Positions 30,164 to 47,400 of a stretch of DNA of 64,000 nt are shown here, one piece after another (the stretch's first letter is position 1; every line of letters starts with the position of its first letter). The notes beneath the pieces were generated by a model. The model did no database searches and was not told the DNA's origin. It saw only the letters and a list, made by a program, of their open reading frames with translations. A program made the position numbers and the translations under genes. This DNA comes from the human T2T-CHM13v2.0 reference genome, Homo sapiens. The stretch is taken from the NCBI RefSeq assembly GCF_009914755.1, contig NC_060926.1. One strand, 5' to 3'.

Positions 30164-30344
30164 TATATATATAACATATATATAACATATATATATAACA
30201 TATATATAACATATATATAACATATATATATAACATATATATATAACATATATATAACATATATATATAACATATATATAACATATATATATAACATATA
30301 TATATAACATATATATATATATATATATAACATATATATATATA
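30131..30344. repeat. (TA)n / (TATATAACA)n AT-rich minisatellite
   Basis: direct reading. Confidence 0.95.
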
Positions 30345-31122
30345 CATCCACCTCACTTGAACTTCACAGCAAGCCCCATGAGGAAGGTACATTCATCCTC
30401 AATTTATGGTTGAGGAAACTTGACAACTATTGCACTAGTGAACTGAAGAGCTAGGGTTTGGCTTAAGCCCTGATCTCTCCTTTCTTCTTCTGTGCTTTTC
30501 TAATGGTAGATGAGTCCTGGCTGATGTACCCGGAACAGTGCCCAGGTAGTGAAAAAGTGTGGGGCTAGCAGGGAAGTTGGAGGGCCAGATGAAGAGCTTA
30601 CTCTCTCTTTCTGGGTCAGGGTGGACCCTAAATGGCATTCTAAAACAGGTAGTTTGGTTTTGGTACCTTCTCTTCTGACACCCCCTATTTTCTCCTTTCC
30701 TTGATCTCCTTCATGCAGCTTAAAGGTCATCATTAGTCTGGGTGCTAATCCATATTCCAGAGTTACTTCTTCTGAATCTTCCCCAGGCCTTTTGGTCACC
30801 AGTCTTATTCCTTTAGTACAGGCCCATTCCTTTAGTACAACATTGTCAACTAGCTATTAAACAGAATCTCATTAAATCATTCTTCCTTAGGTGCGAATGA
30901 CTGATGGCTTTTGAGGGCTTTATATGCTCTTTAAAAATATTAGTTTCGATAAACTAAAAAGTCTGGCTTCTATTGAAGTCTTCTAATTATAAAGTTGACA
31001 TGTGCTCATTTTAGAAAACTTGGAAAATACAGAAAAATACACTAAAAAGAAAACTAATGTCACCCATAACCCCACTATTCAGAGATAATGGCTATTAACC
31101 ATTTTGGTGTTTTTATTTCTAT

Positions 31123-31176
31123 CTCTCTCTCTCTCTCTCTGCGCGCGCACGCGTGTGTGTGTGTGTGTGTGTGTGT
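31123..31176. repeat. compound (CT)n(GC)n(GT)n microsatellite
   Basis: direct reading. Confidence 0.9.
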
Positions 31177-34100
31177 TATTGTTGTTGTTGCATTCTAATG
31201 GAAGCAACGACGGAGACTCTCAGGCAGTGATGTGGAAGTTAGTTGGGGGCTGGGTGTTGGTAGGGACAGAAAGACAAAATGTCATTTTGGAGCCTTACCA
31301 TCTAGTTGGTAAGTATCATGAGATGCATTTTACAGATATGGACTCTTTCCTAGTCACAGCTAATAAGCGAGGGAGCTGAGATTTCACCCTAAGCTGTTGT
31401 GGTTAAAGCCCGCACGGCTCTGCTTTTAAGTAGAGGGCTGCTTGCATTTTAGAAAAGACAGATGTTGTCTTGTTCAGTTCCTAACTATTCCCCCACTGAA
31501 TTTTTTATATCAGTGGCATCCGACACACAGAAGGAGTTCAGTAACTGCTGATTGAGCTGACTTTGCAGACAGACAGAGGTGTTAATCTGAGAATTGCCCG
31601 GGAGACATTCATATAGAATAGAAACTGGACTTGCATTGGCTGCATTTCTGTAATGATCTCCCTTTAATTCAGTCTTTTGGAACCTCAAAACCCTTTGCAA
31701 GCTGGGCCAACTCTATCAATTATGTAATTAAAACCCTCTTTAAAACCACATGATTAGCCTAGAAGAGATGCTTCAGGATATCTGGTTCACACTTTTGGCT
31801 GAAAGATTCTTGCACTCAGAGCAGACTTATTGTCCTTTCTGTCTGGATGAAAAGACAAGGCAGGGGCTGTAACAGAGCCTCATTCCTCTGAGAACACCTG
31901 CACCAATAGAAAATTGTCTAAGTGTCTTTTAACTGAGATAAACCTACAATAAATTGGGGTTTGCATTTACCATTGGGCTCAACTTTGTTTTTGCCTGAGT
32001 TACTTTCCCCCTGCTGAGCTCGCTCTTTCTTTCCAGCTTTTTCCTCTTACTCATTCATCTCATCTCCACCTAAATTTGTGTATCTATTGAGTTCTGAGAA
32101 TAAGACCCCTCAAACATTGAATGCATGCTATTTAGGTTGGGAAAGTCAAATGCTTTTCCACACAGGGCTTTAATGAATAGAAGGCTTAAGTAGTTGACTG
32201 AGTGTAGTTGGTTGTTTCCTCTTCTCTGTCCTTCAGTTACTGGGAAGCTTTTAGCTCTGGGATTTTACAGGGGCATCTTTGCCCCCAGAGGGGCAAGGAG
32301 AGTCAGGGCTCTTTACTGAAGTATGTTAATTAAATGGTTGAGCCCAGGAGGTTGAGGAGCAAACACATGTAAGTCTCTAGATTCATAAGCATCAATAGGC
32401 CTGGCCTGTCTGCTGGATTTACCCTTTAGTCATCCATTAAGCATTTTTTGGTGCTATTTGCCAATTAGGTTTCATCTGCAGTATCTCTTGTAGTTAGAGA
32501 TGCTTGGGGGAGGGGGCATTTATTTTGTTCCTGTTTTTTCTTAAATGTCTTAAGAGCTCTTTCAAGCCTCTAGAAACCAGCTATTTAAACACAAGTGATT
32601 TCGTTTCACTCTGGACATGGAGTGAAAGCTTCTATCCACAGTGACCAGATGGGCTTTGGGATAGAGTATTGGACAGTAAGCAGACAAGGAGCCACTGGTA
32701 AACAGCTTTTGACACAACAGTTTTGGTTGTCATAGTGACTGCTTGGGTCAACCCAGCTCTTCATCGTCAGAAGCATCGAATGTCAGAAATTCAAAGAGAG
32801 CAAAGCCCAATAACATTGAACCACAGCACTTCCTGGCCATTGCAGCAGGTAGCCACCTGTCTCTTCTGTCTTTATGCTTGCTTGTGCATTCAGCTGATTT
32901 ATTATTTACAGTGGCAGAAAAAATGCCCATGTTACTTTATTATTATATAAATACAGTCTTAGCAAAGATAATTTTAGAAAGATAGTTCATCTGTTGATTG
33001 CTTTTTTGATTAATTTCCCCAATATTTATCAAATGCTCAAGATGAACCAGGCCCTGTGTGGCCTGTGTGGGAGAGAGAGGTAAACAACAGAGAGAGAGGG
33101 AGTTCCAGCCCTTATGGAGCTGATGTCTTGTATGAAAGACAGACATTAAACAAGTAAACACACAAAGAAGTGGCCTCCAAGCTGCAAGCTGAAGTGAGCA
33201 GGAGTTAGCCAGGTGAAGAGGAGGGGAAACAGCTTGTAAGGCAGAAAGCACCGCAGATGCCAAAGCCTCATGGGGGCAGAACCTCAGAGCATTTGGGGCC
33301 TGGCCAAATGCCAGAGTGACCGAAGCATGGTGAGCAAGGGTGAGGGGGGAGACCAGACAGGCTTCTGTTGGCAGGGTTGAGTAATAATTAACCATGGAAG
33401 TCTTCTGACCTCTTGCCTCCATATTCTTCTTATCCCTTCGCACATTTCTATTGCTTTGTCTTTCAGCTTCAGCTTTCTTTTCCAACTGTTGTTTGGGAGC
33501 TGGCATGAGGACTTAGATCCTGGAGGTACCAAGGGATTTAAAGCCTGCACTGACAAGTTTATCAAGGAAATATATTTAAAAATGTCCTACCAATAAACAA
33601 AGACAAATCTTCTGATGTTCAGGCACAGCACCAATATTCAGGAATAAACTGGAAGTGCATAAATGAGACAGTGAGGCAGAGTAAAACTAGCATGGGATTG
33701 GAAATCCCCAGACAGCGGATCTTTTTGTGGATTTACCTGTAACTCTCCTTCAACCTCAGGAAGTCAGCTGGTTTCTATGAATCTCAGTTTCCACTAATAT
33801 AAATGAAGGAGGTTGGAGACTAGAGCATCTCTAAGTGGCTTTTCCAACTTTAAAATTCATTCTATGGCTCTTTAGTGTTTGATAGAAGGAAATAGTAACT
33901 AACACATTGAATATTTACTATGGCAGTTTACATATGTTAGTTCACTTAATTCTATTTACCCTAGGATTCAGGTATTACTACCTCTGTTTTACAGATGAGG
34001 AAATTGAGCCTTAATGAGGTTTAGTAACCTGGAAAGATTTACAGCTAGTAGGTGGTGGGGTGCTGAGTTGAGAGGCTGAGTTGAGAGGGTCTGTCTGATC

Positions 34101-34686
34101 CTATAGCCCATGCTCTTTGCATGGTAAGTACTGGAAAGTAAACAGCCATCTCAGAGTATAGATGAGTGTAAATAATTAGGCAATAAGCATTCTTTGAAGT
34201 CCAGTTTCACACCAGTCCCATGGAGTCGATCACATGGAATGAAAATACTTGCATGACTATTTAAGCGTATCCAGCTAACACTGGTCCTGAAAGGAACTAT
34301 AAAATAGGCCTCTCCTAATTTCTGTTTTGCCTTCCAAATAATTCAATATTCTTATGTCATCCTCATCCTTCCCCTTAGGGAAGAAGTCATCTGATCAATT
34401 GTTCTCTTCCTGTTGAGGAGGAGTAACACATTCCATTATTAGGTGCCTGATAAACATGTAATGAATGAATGGTTCATCATTACCAGTATCATAAGAATAT
34501 ACAGTATGTGTGAAGTCATCCAAAATACAAATTTGAATGTTATGTGAACTTTAATGCAATTTAAAAATAATTTTAATTGAAGTTAAAAAGTCTACTATTT
34601 AGTTGGCTATAGATTCACCAAGCTCAGGCTGAAAGGAATTGCAACAATCATCTGAGTTGGCACTGTCTAATAGAAATAATGACTCA

Positions 34687-35008
<322 letters not shown>

Positions 35009-35404
35009 TCAGGAGACTGAGGTGGGAGGATTGCTTGAGCCCGGGAGGTGGAGGTTGCAGTGAGCCAGATTGCACCACTGCACTCCAGCCTGGGTGACAG
35101 AGAGAAACCCCAACTTCAAAAAAAAAAAAAAGATTATGAAAGAAACATATGTAATTTTAATTTTTCTAGTAGCTACATTAAAAAAGTGAAAAAGGGGTAA
35201 AATTAATTTTAATAATATACTTCATTTAACCTAATATGTCAAAAAATTACCATTTCAACATGTAATCATTATAAAATTTTGAATTAGGCTTGCTATTAAA
35301 ATCCTATTAAAATTCGAGGACCCCTTAATTTGTGGCTCATCTATAAAGTCTTCCCTGACTACTCTCCCTCTATACTGTGTAAGATTTACTTAGGCTAACA
35401 GTTG

Positions 35405-35719
35405 GGTTTTTTAATTATTTTTAAAATTTTTACTGAGACAGGGTCTCCTTCTGTTGCCCAGCTGGAGGGCTCAGTAACACAGCTCACTGCAACCTTGACC
35501 TCCTGGGCTCAAGCAATCCTCCCACCTCAGCCTCCTAAGTAGCTAGAACAACGGGCATGCACCAATGCGTCACCACGCCCATCTAATTTTTTCATTTTTT
35601 GTAGAGATAAGGTCTCATTATGTTGCCAGGGCTGGTCTCAAATTCCTGGGCTCAAGCAGTCCTCTTGCCTCAGCCTCCCAAAGTGCTGGGATTACAGGCT
35701 TGAGCCACCGTGCCCAGCC
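35405..35719 (-). mobile_element. AluJ
   Basis: diverged antisense dimer just upstream of exon 2. Confidence 0.9.
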
Positions 35720-35855
35720 CTAACAGCCCAATTTTAAAGTTGAGTAGTTTAATTTACCTCATTTGACATAAAGTTCTCCCTTATTTTGAAGTTTTAAGCA
35801 ATTAATTGAAAACATGTCAGAGTCTTAAACATGTTATGAAAGGATAGCTAGTTAA

Positions 35856-36056
<201 letters not shown>

Positions 36057-36739
36057 TGAATACTGTGCTTTCTCATGAGGGATAATGTTATGGCTGAAGT
36101 TCTGAGGTGTCTAATATTCAGATCTGTCATCTCCTCATTCACCAAATAGTCAACCAAGAAAAATCAAATGACTGAGAGTACATGTCTGTTCTGAATTAAG
36201 TGGTACATGTTAATGTCAATAGTTTATGTGTGAAATCTCTATTTGGGGTACAACATTACACAGTCCTTCACTCTTGACCATTCAATAGCACACCCCGAGG
36301 CTCCCAATTAAGTTTTCTTGAATCCTAAACAATGAACAGCAACAGGCTTAGGGAGTCCTTGCTTGAAGGTTCTAAGTCAAGAGTATCATTGTACTGTCAG
36401 GCCATCACTCGCCTTAGGGAAATTGTATTTTCCCTGGAGGGAGAGTTAAGGCTGGTGATAAGCTAGCCGCATTTCTCCAGGGCAGTGCTTCTCAAACTTC
36501 TGACTCTGACACAAAGTAAAAAAAAAATGAATTTTACATTTTATACACACAAACGTACTGGCATATTTAACTGAAACAAAACTTCCACGAAAAATATTCT
36601 TACAGCATTTTACTGCAATATGGTCAGTTCTATTTTATTGGTTCTTAAAAAATGCTGGTCATAACCCACTAAACTGATTTCAAGACCCATTGATTTTACC
36701 ACTGTTGTGGAGGGTAGAACAAGCTGGGCCAGACCTTGA

Positions 36740-37250
<511 letters not shown>

Positions 37251-39813
37251 TGAGCTCTTCCTTTCTGCCCAGTGTACAGCCTCTGCCTCTCAGGCTAGCC
37301 TAGATATCCATATGTCTGTGTCCCCATTAGCCTTTTGTCTTCCATCTGAATAGCTCTGGCTTCTCCCAAGGAATTAGACGGTAGACACCCTGCAGGCACC
37401 TTAGTTCTGTCTAACCTTTAGGCAGAGTGAAGAATAATAGCAATGATGGCTGACTTTCACTGAGCAGTTTTTCTGGGTCAGGCACTTTACTGAGTTCTTT
37501 GCATAGATCATCTCATTCAGCCTTCAGAACAGTGTGTGGATGCTATTATTATCTCAATATTAGGAATTTAAAAAGATCTGAGGTTGAGGTATATGAATTA
37601 ACTTGCTCAAGGTTATACTTGTACCATTGTTGAGGCCAGAATCCACTTGAGATCTCTATCCTGTCACTGGAGAGCTGGGAGGAATCAGCTCTGCTTCGTG
37701 CACTCAAATGTCTCCAGCTCTCGATCTTCTCAAGCCCAAGTTGGAGAGTGAGGCACATACCATTCACTTTAACAACATTCCCTGGGCCTTATCTCTCAAG
37801 CATTTTCTTAAAAGAAGGCCAGGGCATTTAATTGGCATTTTCCAAAAGCCTCAGTTCCTTGTTAGAAAAAAATCTAGGTCTGTGATGCTTACTCTTCCCA
37901 TTCAACTCAACCTTTTTTTTTTCCCATACCATTTGCCCAGAGCGCTGTATATAACCAGAAATGATATGCATACTTCAGGCCTGAGGTTCTTTGCCTGCAG
38001 GCTCTGGAAATCCATGAACACAATAAACTTTGCTAGTTGATCTTTAGCTTCAACAGAATACAGTATATAGGATAAATAATATACATAGATATTGTTGTAG
38101 TTAAAAAGATACATATTCATTTAAAAGTGTTACTGAAGTTTCAGTAACATTCTCCACTATCATATGGGGGTGGAGGCAAATGAGATATTTATGGACAGTA
38201 TTTTAGAATGTGTTGGGAACTACTGCTGGGCTGCCTATGCATGGGCTGGCTGATGGCTATGTTAGATATCTCACTTAGATTCCATTTTAGAATTTTTTGA
38301 GAAGAAAATTACCATTAATTTTTAGAGACCTATCTTCTAAGCTGTGGAAGACAAAGGAATTCTCATTTTGAAAGTGAGGTACATGACAGAGTAATTATGA
38401 GGGAACTACACTAATGGCCTTAATTTGACTAAGATTAGATCCTTTCATGTAGAACTGAATTGAAACAAAAATGATTGAACCTTTTTTTTTTCTCCTGAGG
38501 CCTTTTTGAACACTAGATGAGATGTTTTATAATTTAGAGTTTCAAGGTTGTAACTAGAGAAGATCCTCAAATATTAAAAAAGGGTAAACTTGATATAAAA
38601 TTGGTTTGTGAATTAACTTTTGTAGTTACCAGTAAAGATGTGCATTACTATGGGTTCTCTTTTACAGAAAGAGAATATTTTGGGGGAACCCTGTCCCACA
38701 TTATGCGTTTTCCTGGTCTCTGATCAATGACCCCAAAGCTGCCTATTGGATTATTAGGATATTTTTATTTTGAGGAGATAAGTTATTTGTAAAACAAATA
38801 ATTTGAAGATAATACATTTGGGGCTATTTCATTGATTTATAAGATAGAAATAAAAAAATTAAAAAATTAGGATGATAAAGTCTCACAAATGGGCAAGCAA
38901 TATCCTTTGTCTAAAAGAGGCAAACTAGAAACTTCAGGGGGTAAAATCCCCCACAGGTGCACAGTGCATCTGAGCCACCGAAACTGAATGTCATCAGGTA
39001 CATAGATCCCAGGTGCACCCTCAGTCCAGCCCCCTAAGAGGAGGAGCCCGAGGGACTCATATATGGTGCACTCAAGAGTAAAGAGGTACCCGAGTCTTCA
39101 GGTGGCAGATGTCCGCATCCTGACGACGATGTGTTTGCAGACTTAACACAAATACTGGAAAATCGGCTTCCTCCAAGCAAATCTGGTCTACTGATGTCAT
39201 TGTTTCTCAGAACCTGGAAACTAGAATTTATGTTTAATTAAATGAAACCCAGGATCATTCACTAGTGTTAACCTAGAATAAATCCCCCTACCACTCTTTG
39301 GAAGTAGACTATCTTGTAACAGCCTCTCTCTCGTGCTCATGTCTTCATCTTTGTATTTTTTTTCTTTCTCTACTCAGTCTCCATCTATCTCTGCTTTATC
39401 CCTATCTCCATCTCTCTCACTTTTTCTCTTTCTCCCTTTTTCTCTCCTCTCCATTTTAAAACATAGATGTATAGCAACCCAAAGTGTGATCTATATTCTA
39501 AATTGCCTTTCGGCACTCCTGGAGGGTCCAGCCCTTTGCTGCTTTGGTATTGGGGAAGGCAGCTGCTTTAGAGTCCCTGCCACAGCCACGCACTCCCTGC
39601 TTACGGGTATTTGAATGATAGTAGTGGTCGTTTGGGGAGTTCCCCTAGAGACTTCTGGTGGGGACTTGTAGACTAAGTCTGAAAGCCAAAAACAAAACAA
39701 GGGATATTGGTGAACTAATTAGATTATGCAGCCAATTTGATCGTTTATAAAGACGATTTATCTTAGCTGCTAAGATAAACAAAAAATAGTTACACTGAAC
39801 AAAAAAGTTGCGG

Positions 39814-40110
39814 GGCTGGGTGCGGTGGCTCATGCCTGTATTCCCAGCACTTTGGGAGGCTGAGGCAGGCAGATCACAAGGTCAGGAGATCGAGACCATC
39901 CCGGCCAACATGGTGAAACTTTGTCTCTACCAAAAATACAAAAATTAGCTAGGCGTGGTGGCATGTGCCTGTGGTCCCAGCTTTTCGGGAGGCTAAGGCA
40001 GGAGAATTTGCTTGAACCAGGGAGTTGGAGGTTGCAGTGAGCCAAGATTGTGCCACTGCACTCCAGCCTGGCGACAGAGTGAGACTCCGTCTCAAAAAAA
40101 AAAAAAAAAA
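39814..40110 (+). mobile_element. Alu (AluSc-like)
   Basis: dimer; TSD aaaaaagttgc. Confidence 0.93.
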
Positions 40111-41218
40111 GTTGCTTCAGGAAAAACTCTTTTGAGGATATATGCTGATTCTCTTATGGATTTTAGTGTCAACAAGGTCATCAGAAATTATGATCAAGAC
40201 CTAGTAACAAGTTGAGAAATAAGTTTGTGTGTGACTTCTGAGTATTGCTAACAGATATATTTTTTAAAATTCCAATTCATTTTGTGAGCTTGCAATCTGC
40301 AATTGGTGTTGAAGAAGCCATTTTATGGAGCATTTTATCATCTGGATACCAGATGTTCTGGAGTATATGCTTTTTTTTTTTTTAAATGACCCATTTTGTG
40401 GAATTTTTTTTTTTTTTACAGTCTAGGGATAACTCATTTTCATAGTCTGCAGAAAAACTCATGTTAGGTGCATAGTGATTTCTCTCTATTCAAACTATTA
40501 ATGCTTTGTATCGTATAGTTTTATATATTCTCATTAAATCAATTCATATTTACTGTTAGAATGAACCCATATTTACTGATAGCCTACTGTGAGCAAAGCA
40601 CAGTACTACAAATTGTGGAGAGTTATGAATGCTGATTTCAAAAAAGGTTATAAACATTTCTTTTGATGATGTGATAAGACAGCATGTAAATTTGCAATAG
40701 AAAAGTTAAGGTACTGCATGCACAATGCTATTTAGGACAAAGTCCACCCACTATAAAAAGCAAGGAGTCTCTAGCTGGGGAATCATTTGTTTAGTTGGCT
40801 TTTGCAGGACCGACTGTAGGATCAGTGTCCTCCCACTATTTAAATTCCCCTTTCCTTGGAAGCTTCCTGCCGCAGTTGTTTTGAGTCTCTTGCCTACGTG
40901 TCATGTCGCATTAGTGAGCACAGGCCACATGGGACTTGGCTAGGATAGAAAATCCTGTATTTCTTAGGAGGAAAAAAAAAATAAAAGCCCTCACATTCAT
41001 TTCCAGTTATTCATTTTTCATTTTAAGGTCCATCCCAGATCTAAACTGTCTAGATCTGAACTGTTAGATCTGAAATGTTGGTTTTTGGTTAGATGTTAAT
41101 TGAAGGACAAATTGTCAGTTATTTTGATGTTAGTTTGTCGTTTGACTTTTTATAAAAATAATTTAAGGCAATTTACAATGATGTATATGATACTTGAAAA
41201 AAAAAAAAAAAAGAAACA

Positions 41219-41570
41219 GCCTGGGCATGGTGGTTCACACCTGTAATGCCAGCTCTTTGGGAGGCCGAGGCGGATGGATCACTTGAGCCCAGGAGTTTGA
41301 GACCAGCCCCGGCAATATGGCAAAACTCCATCTCTACAAAAAACCAAAAAAACAAAACAAAAAAACCCACAAAAGTTAGTCAGGCATGGTGGCATGTGTC
41401 TGTTATTCCAGCTACTCAGGATGTTGAGGCAGGAGAATTGCTTGAACCGAGGAGGCGGAGGTTGCAGTGAGCTGAGATTGCACCATTGCACTTCAGCCTG
41501 GGTGACTGAGTGAAGCCCTGTTAAACAACAAAACAAAACAAAACAAAACAAACAAACAAACAAAAAACCA
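41219..41570 (+). mobile_element. Alu
   Basis: dimer with (CAAAA)n tail. Confidence 0.92.
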
Positions 41571-42613
41571 AGGAACATAGGAAAGTGAAGCCAAGATAAA
41601 ATAGGGATGGGAAAAGGCAAATGAATCAGCAATGAACTCACCTATAACTTCTCACATCGTGAAGTCTATAATATGTTCTTTAAAAAAATACTTCTAGTTC
41701 CTGAAGTGATGCTACTTTCTGCACCTGTTGCTTTCTTCTGTCAGTCACTGTGTTGCCTTATAAGGCTCAAGGTGGCCAGCAGAGATGGGGAAAGAGATTC
41801 TCTTTTATATTTGCCAGCATTTGCAGTGCGTCTCAACCTGCCTTGGGTGCAGAGGGAAAGCTGCTTGATATGTTATTATGGTTCAGGGTTGCTTATTAAT
41901 TCTTACAGTGAGCGGAGGTCTGAAATAACCTGAACCACCCCCTAGCTATGGGAGCTTTCTACGTTATCCTTAGCAGGTGAGCATCTGTATCTTTTATTAG
42001 TGTTCATTACATGTAAAGCATTTGCTGGACTTGGACACATGTTATGCACTTGGGACAGAAAGAGCTACCATTTGCAGTTCTTGTCCTTGAAGAGCTTAGA
42101 GATAGAGACCTGTAGGTTGCTGGTTTACTTAATTTTTTAAATATGCCTTTGTAGCCTCCTAGAAATATTAAAAGTGTACGTTACTATTACCGAACTGCAT
42201 CTCTGTCTCCTGACTTGTAGACATGTCCATAATATATTGTTAAAGGAGAAAAGCAAGGGGAGAGTAATATAAAAAGTAGGATTCTTTTCCTACAAAAACA
42301 TATGCCCCTCTGCCAAATATATGTGTTTGTATGCTACTGTAGGTTTGCATAAGCAAGGAGAAGATATGTCGAAAGATCTGCATCAAACTATTAACACTGG
42401 TTAATATTAACAATTGGTTGAGATTGATTAGTAAGGGGAAGTTTAAGGGAGAGGCAAGAGGATTAGCTTCTCCTTTAAACAGGACAAATGCTATTAATTA
42501 CAATAACAATACAAAGCAATTATTAATTGCAATAATATTGCTATGAATTCATTAAGTGTGTATTCCAATTTTAATTTGAAAGGCACTACTTAAAATTTCA
42601 GAATCACAGTTAA

Positions 42614-43003
<390 letters not shown>

Positions 43004-44429
43004 TGAATTCTAGAATCCTTGGAGGAATGAGAAGGCCATTTAGAAATGGAGACTTTTGGTACATTTTTATTATGAACATTAATTGTAAGATTGCATGATT
43101 GGGAATATCAACCATGGGCAATAAACCTAAGATACGTGACAATGCATTCATTAATTGGCACCTGATTTATCAGCCTTGAATGCACATTAAATTAAATGCA
43201 ACATTTCTTTGTGAAAAATGAAGGAGGAAGTTTGTTTCAGGTATAGTATGAGAATTGTGTTTTATAATGAACTATGTTTATTTCTTCTTCTTTCTATGGC
43301 CATGAAACATCACAACCTTCTGATCTGAGAGATGGTGGCTCTTGGGTTGGAGGAGGGAGTTGCAGCAAAGTGGTTCTGAAGTGGAGAGTGGGTAATTCAG
43401 ACCTATCAAGATGAAAAGCATGAAGCAGAAATGCATTATTGTTATTATCTGTGAATCTCAGCTCCATTTTATGTAGCATAGCAGAGCTTTTGTTATGCTC
43501 TCAGCTCAAAATACTTCTGGGACTCTCAGATGTTATTTCAGTCTTGGTGTTCTTAAGGGTATATTGGAAAAAAGTGCTAAACTAGATGAAGATATTTTGT
43601 TCTGATATCACTCATAACCAAGTAAACACAACAAAGCAAAAACAAAAAACTTTGTTCTCAGGCAACAAATGCTTTGTTCCCCGCTCAGAGCTTTATGAAG
43701 GGTCCAGCCTTTGATACAGTGGGGGTAAAGAAGTAAAAAGTTTATCTTGTAATGGAAGTAGTAGAGATATTTGGTTCTATTTTTGCTGGATATGCTGAAA
43801 TTGAAGAAAGCAAGACTTGTTTATACCCTCTCAGTCTCCTTTTCACTTCTTTTTTTTGGTTTGTTTTGTTTTCTGAGCCTTCTACAATCCCTTTGTCCCA
43901 TGCTTTGCCCTGCTTTTAACTAGTTTCCTTCCCCAGCAATTGGATGAAGGAGTTCAAAAGCTGATGCAAAAGTCTAATTTTTCATATTTGCACTTCTAGT
44001 ATAAGGACACAAAATGAAGTATGACTTGAAGACATTGTTCTGTGTAATGGATGTATTTTCTCTGAGTGAACTCCTTTGCTTTTTCCCATATAGCTCATAT
44101 CTGCTTTTGGTGACCAGAAATATTAATAGAAAGGTCTGAATGAGTTATTGGATTGGGGTCATCATTAAAAAAATTTGAATCAACATATATATTCTCATAG
44201 TAATCCTTTCTGTTAGAGATAAATGGTGAGGTGGGGGATTTTTTTTAAGAGGCTGTTTTTGAATGCAGACTTTGAGAGTATCAGATTTATTCTTCCAGTT
44301 ATATGTTTTAACTAAATTGGTATTGAGAAGTTAAGTTCTTCAGCTGTCATGGATTGGGTAGACGGTGGTGGAAAGTGACCTGAAAGAGTGCTTGATAAGT
44401 AGACTGGATTATTCGCAACTCTTCATAGC

Positions 44430-44900
44430 TCCACTTCTCTCCAGTAATAGGACTGTCATTACACATCCACATCCTTTGCCTGGTAACTTTGCTGTGCCCT
44501 CCCACTGTAGCCAGTTGTACTTCCTCATCCCTTCACTCTGGACTTCATTATTTGACTTGCCTTAGCCAATGGGATGTTAGTAGAGGTGACACAAACAGGG
44601 GCTGGAAGTGTGCTTGTGCCATTGGGCTTGCTCTTCCGTGTCTTTGCCATAACCATGAGAATGGCATGCCCTGGCTAGCCTGCCAGTCCCAGCAGAAGGA
44701 TGAGACACCTGGAGCAGAACCAACCTTGCTGACTGCACAGTGAAGCAGAGCTGCCCCAGCCAAACCCATTCTAGATCAGCTGCTCCCTAGCTGACCAGCA
44801 GAGGTTATGTATCCCAAGAAGATACATAATGGTATTTTAAGCCACTGTGTTGATGGGGTGTTATTCTATTCTATTATTGCAACATTAGCTAACTGATACA
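44430..44900 (+). mobile_element. MLT1 (MaLR) LTR
   Basis: agccaatgggatgttag...ttttaagccactg...agctaactgataca end motif. Confidence 0.7.
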
Positions 44901-46289
44901 GCCTTGAATGGGGAAGGACTGCAGATAACCCAGACTGTGTGAACGCTGGTAATTAGGCATTTGTAGTGTTACCATGAAGACCTTCATACATCAGGCCAGT
45001 CAGATTCTCCTAGCTCCAAGGTACTAGGCTGAGTTACTAGTAACGAAGGCCATGGCTATTTTTCTGCCATTCCTGAAATGAAGCAAAAAGAGCAGGTTGC
45101 CTCATGGGACTCAGGATGAATGTCCACAACAGTTTATTGCTGGCTAAATGAATGGATATTAGGCGAACAGAATGAAAGCAAATCGTTGTACTGATCATTG
45201 GAGTCTCCCAGCTGTTGAAGTTTCACTGAGGTACTTGAACTGTCAAGCCTGCAAGAGATAAAAACTATTTCCGTTTGCCTATGCCCTGGGCATGAGCAGA
45301 ATGCCTCTTGTCCCAACCGGTCCCGTTCTGCCCTCTTGTTCTGCGATTATGTTGTCTGATTTGAAGCTAGAACTTTCAAGGCCCTTTAAACAACTGGAAG
45401 CTTAGAATGTCTCTACTGAAGCAAGCACCTTACAATTTTTGCCAACGAGAAAATCTGTTTAATTATTTAATGCTTATTAAACCCTGAGTGCATTTATATT
45501 GCACAAACACATCCTCTGCTTAATGCTCTCCAGGAGTTATGGAGGATTCAAATCAAATTACACTGTCCTTTCCTCATGGTATAATTAAGGAGCAATATGA
45601 AATGATTAGCGTACAAAATTAAGTTAGTTTTCAGATGATAAAGACAATTTTTTTCTCTTTTGAAATCACCGTTAAAACAATCAGGGAAACTCCATTTTTT
45701 GAAGAAAGTAGAGAACATCTGTGAATAGGAACCACAATATGAAGACAGAAGTTGGATGGAGAAATGGCAGATGACATATCAGAGTGGAGAGAAGTCACAC
45801 TGTCCTGGAGAGGGAAGAAATGGAAGAAGCCAGTGGTTTCCTTGATAGAATCCTAAAAAGGCTCAGGAATTAGAGATGTGATAAGCTGAGGAAGGCAGAG
45901 GTGAGGAAGGGGCTGGTGTGGAGAGTGTTTCTAAGTCTGTCTAAGGAATATGTGGATGTAGAGATTCCCACCCCACACCAGGCAGGTAAGTGAGTGCCCC
46001 CTTGTGCCTTTGCCACAGATGAGAAAATATTTTTCTGGAGAAATTGAACCAGGGAGGTTATGGAATTGAGAATAGCAAGTATACAGGAGGGTGACAGTGG
46101 GGCACCCCATGGAAATCGGGGAGATTAGGCGAAAGCCTACACATTGAACAGTGAGATCTATAGTTTCTCTCCCATCTTCAGCACCAGAAAGCCATCAGAT
46201 AGGAAACTGGAGGATTCTTCTTCAGACCGTGTGAACCACCCCGCAGAAAAATCCCAGATGGTGACATTCAGTAATCCTCAGTGAAAACA

Positions 46290-47400
<1,111 letters not shown>

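Noticed and set aside
30096-30392. Tyr/Ile/Cys-rich repeat ORFs and a superficially array-like repeat
   Set aside because: Translation of a TA minisatellite; no unique spacers, so not CRISPR-like
32943-33506. 187-aa minus-strand ORF in intron 1
   Set aside because: Overlaps L2-like repeat sequence; no recognisable domain or splice support
41036-41078. Three ~14-bp agatctgaactgt-like units (similar micro-duplications at 30807-30839 and ~34062-34088)
   Set aside because: Ordinary slippage duplications with no sign of function
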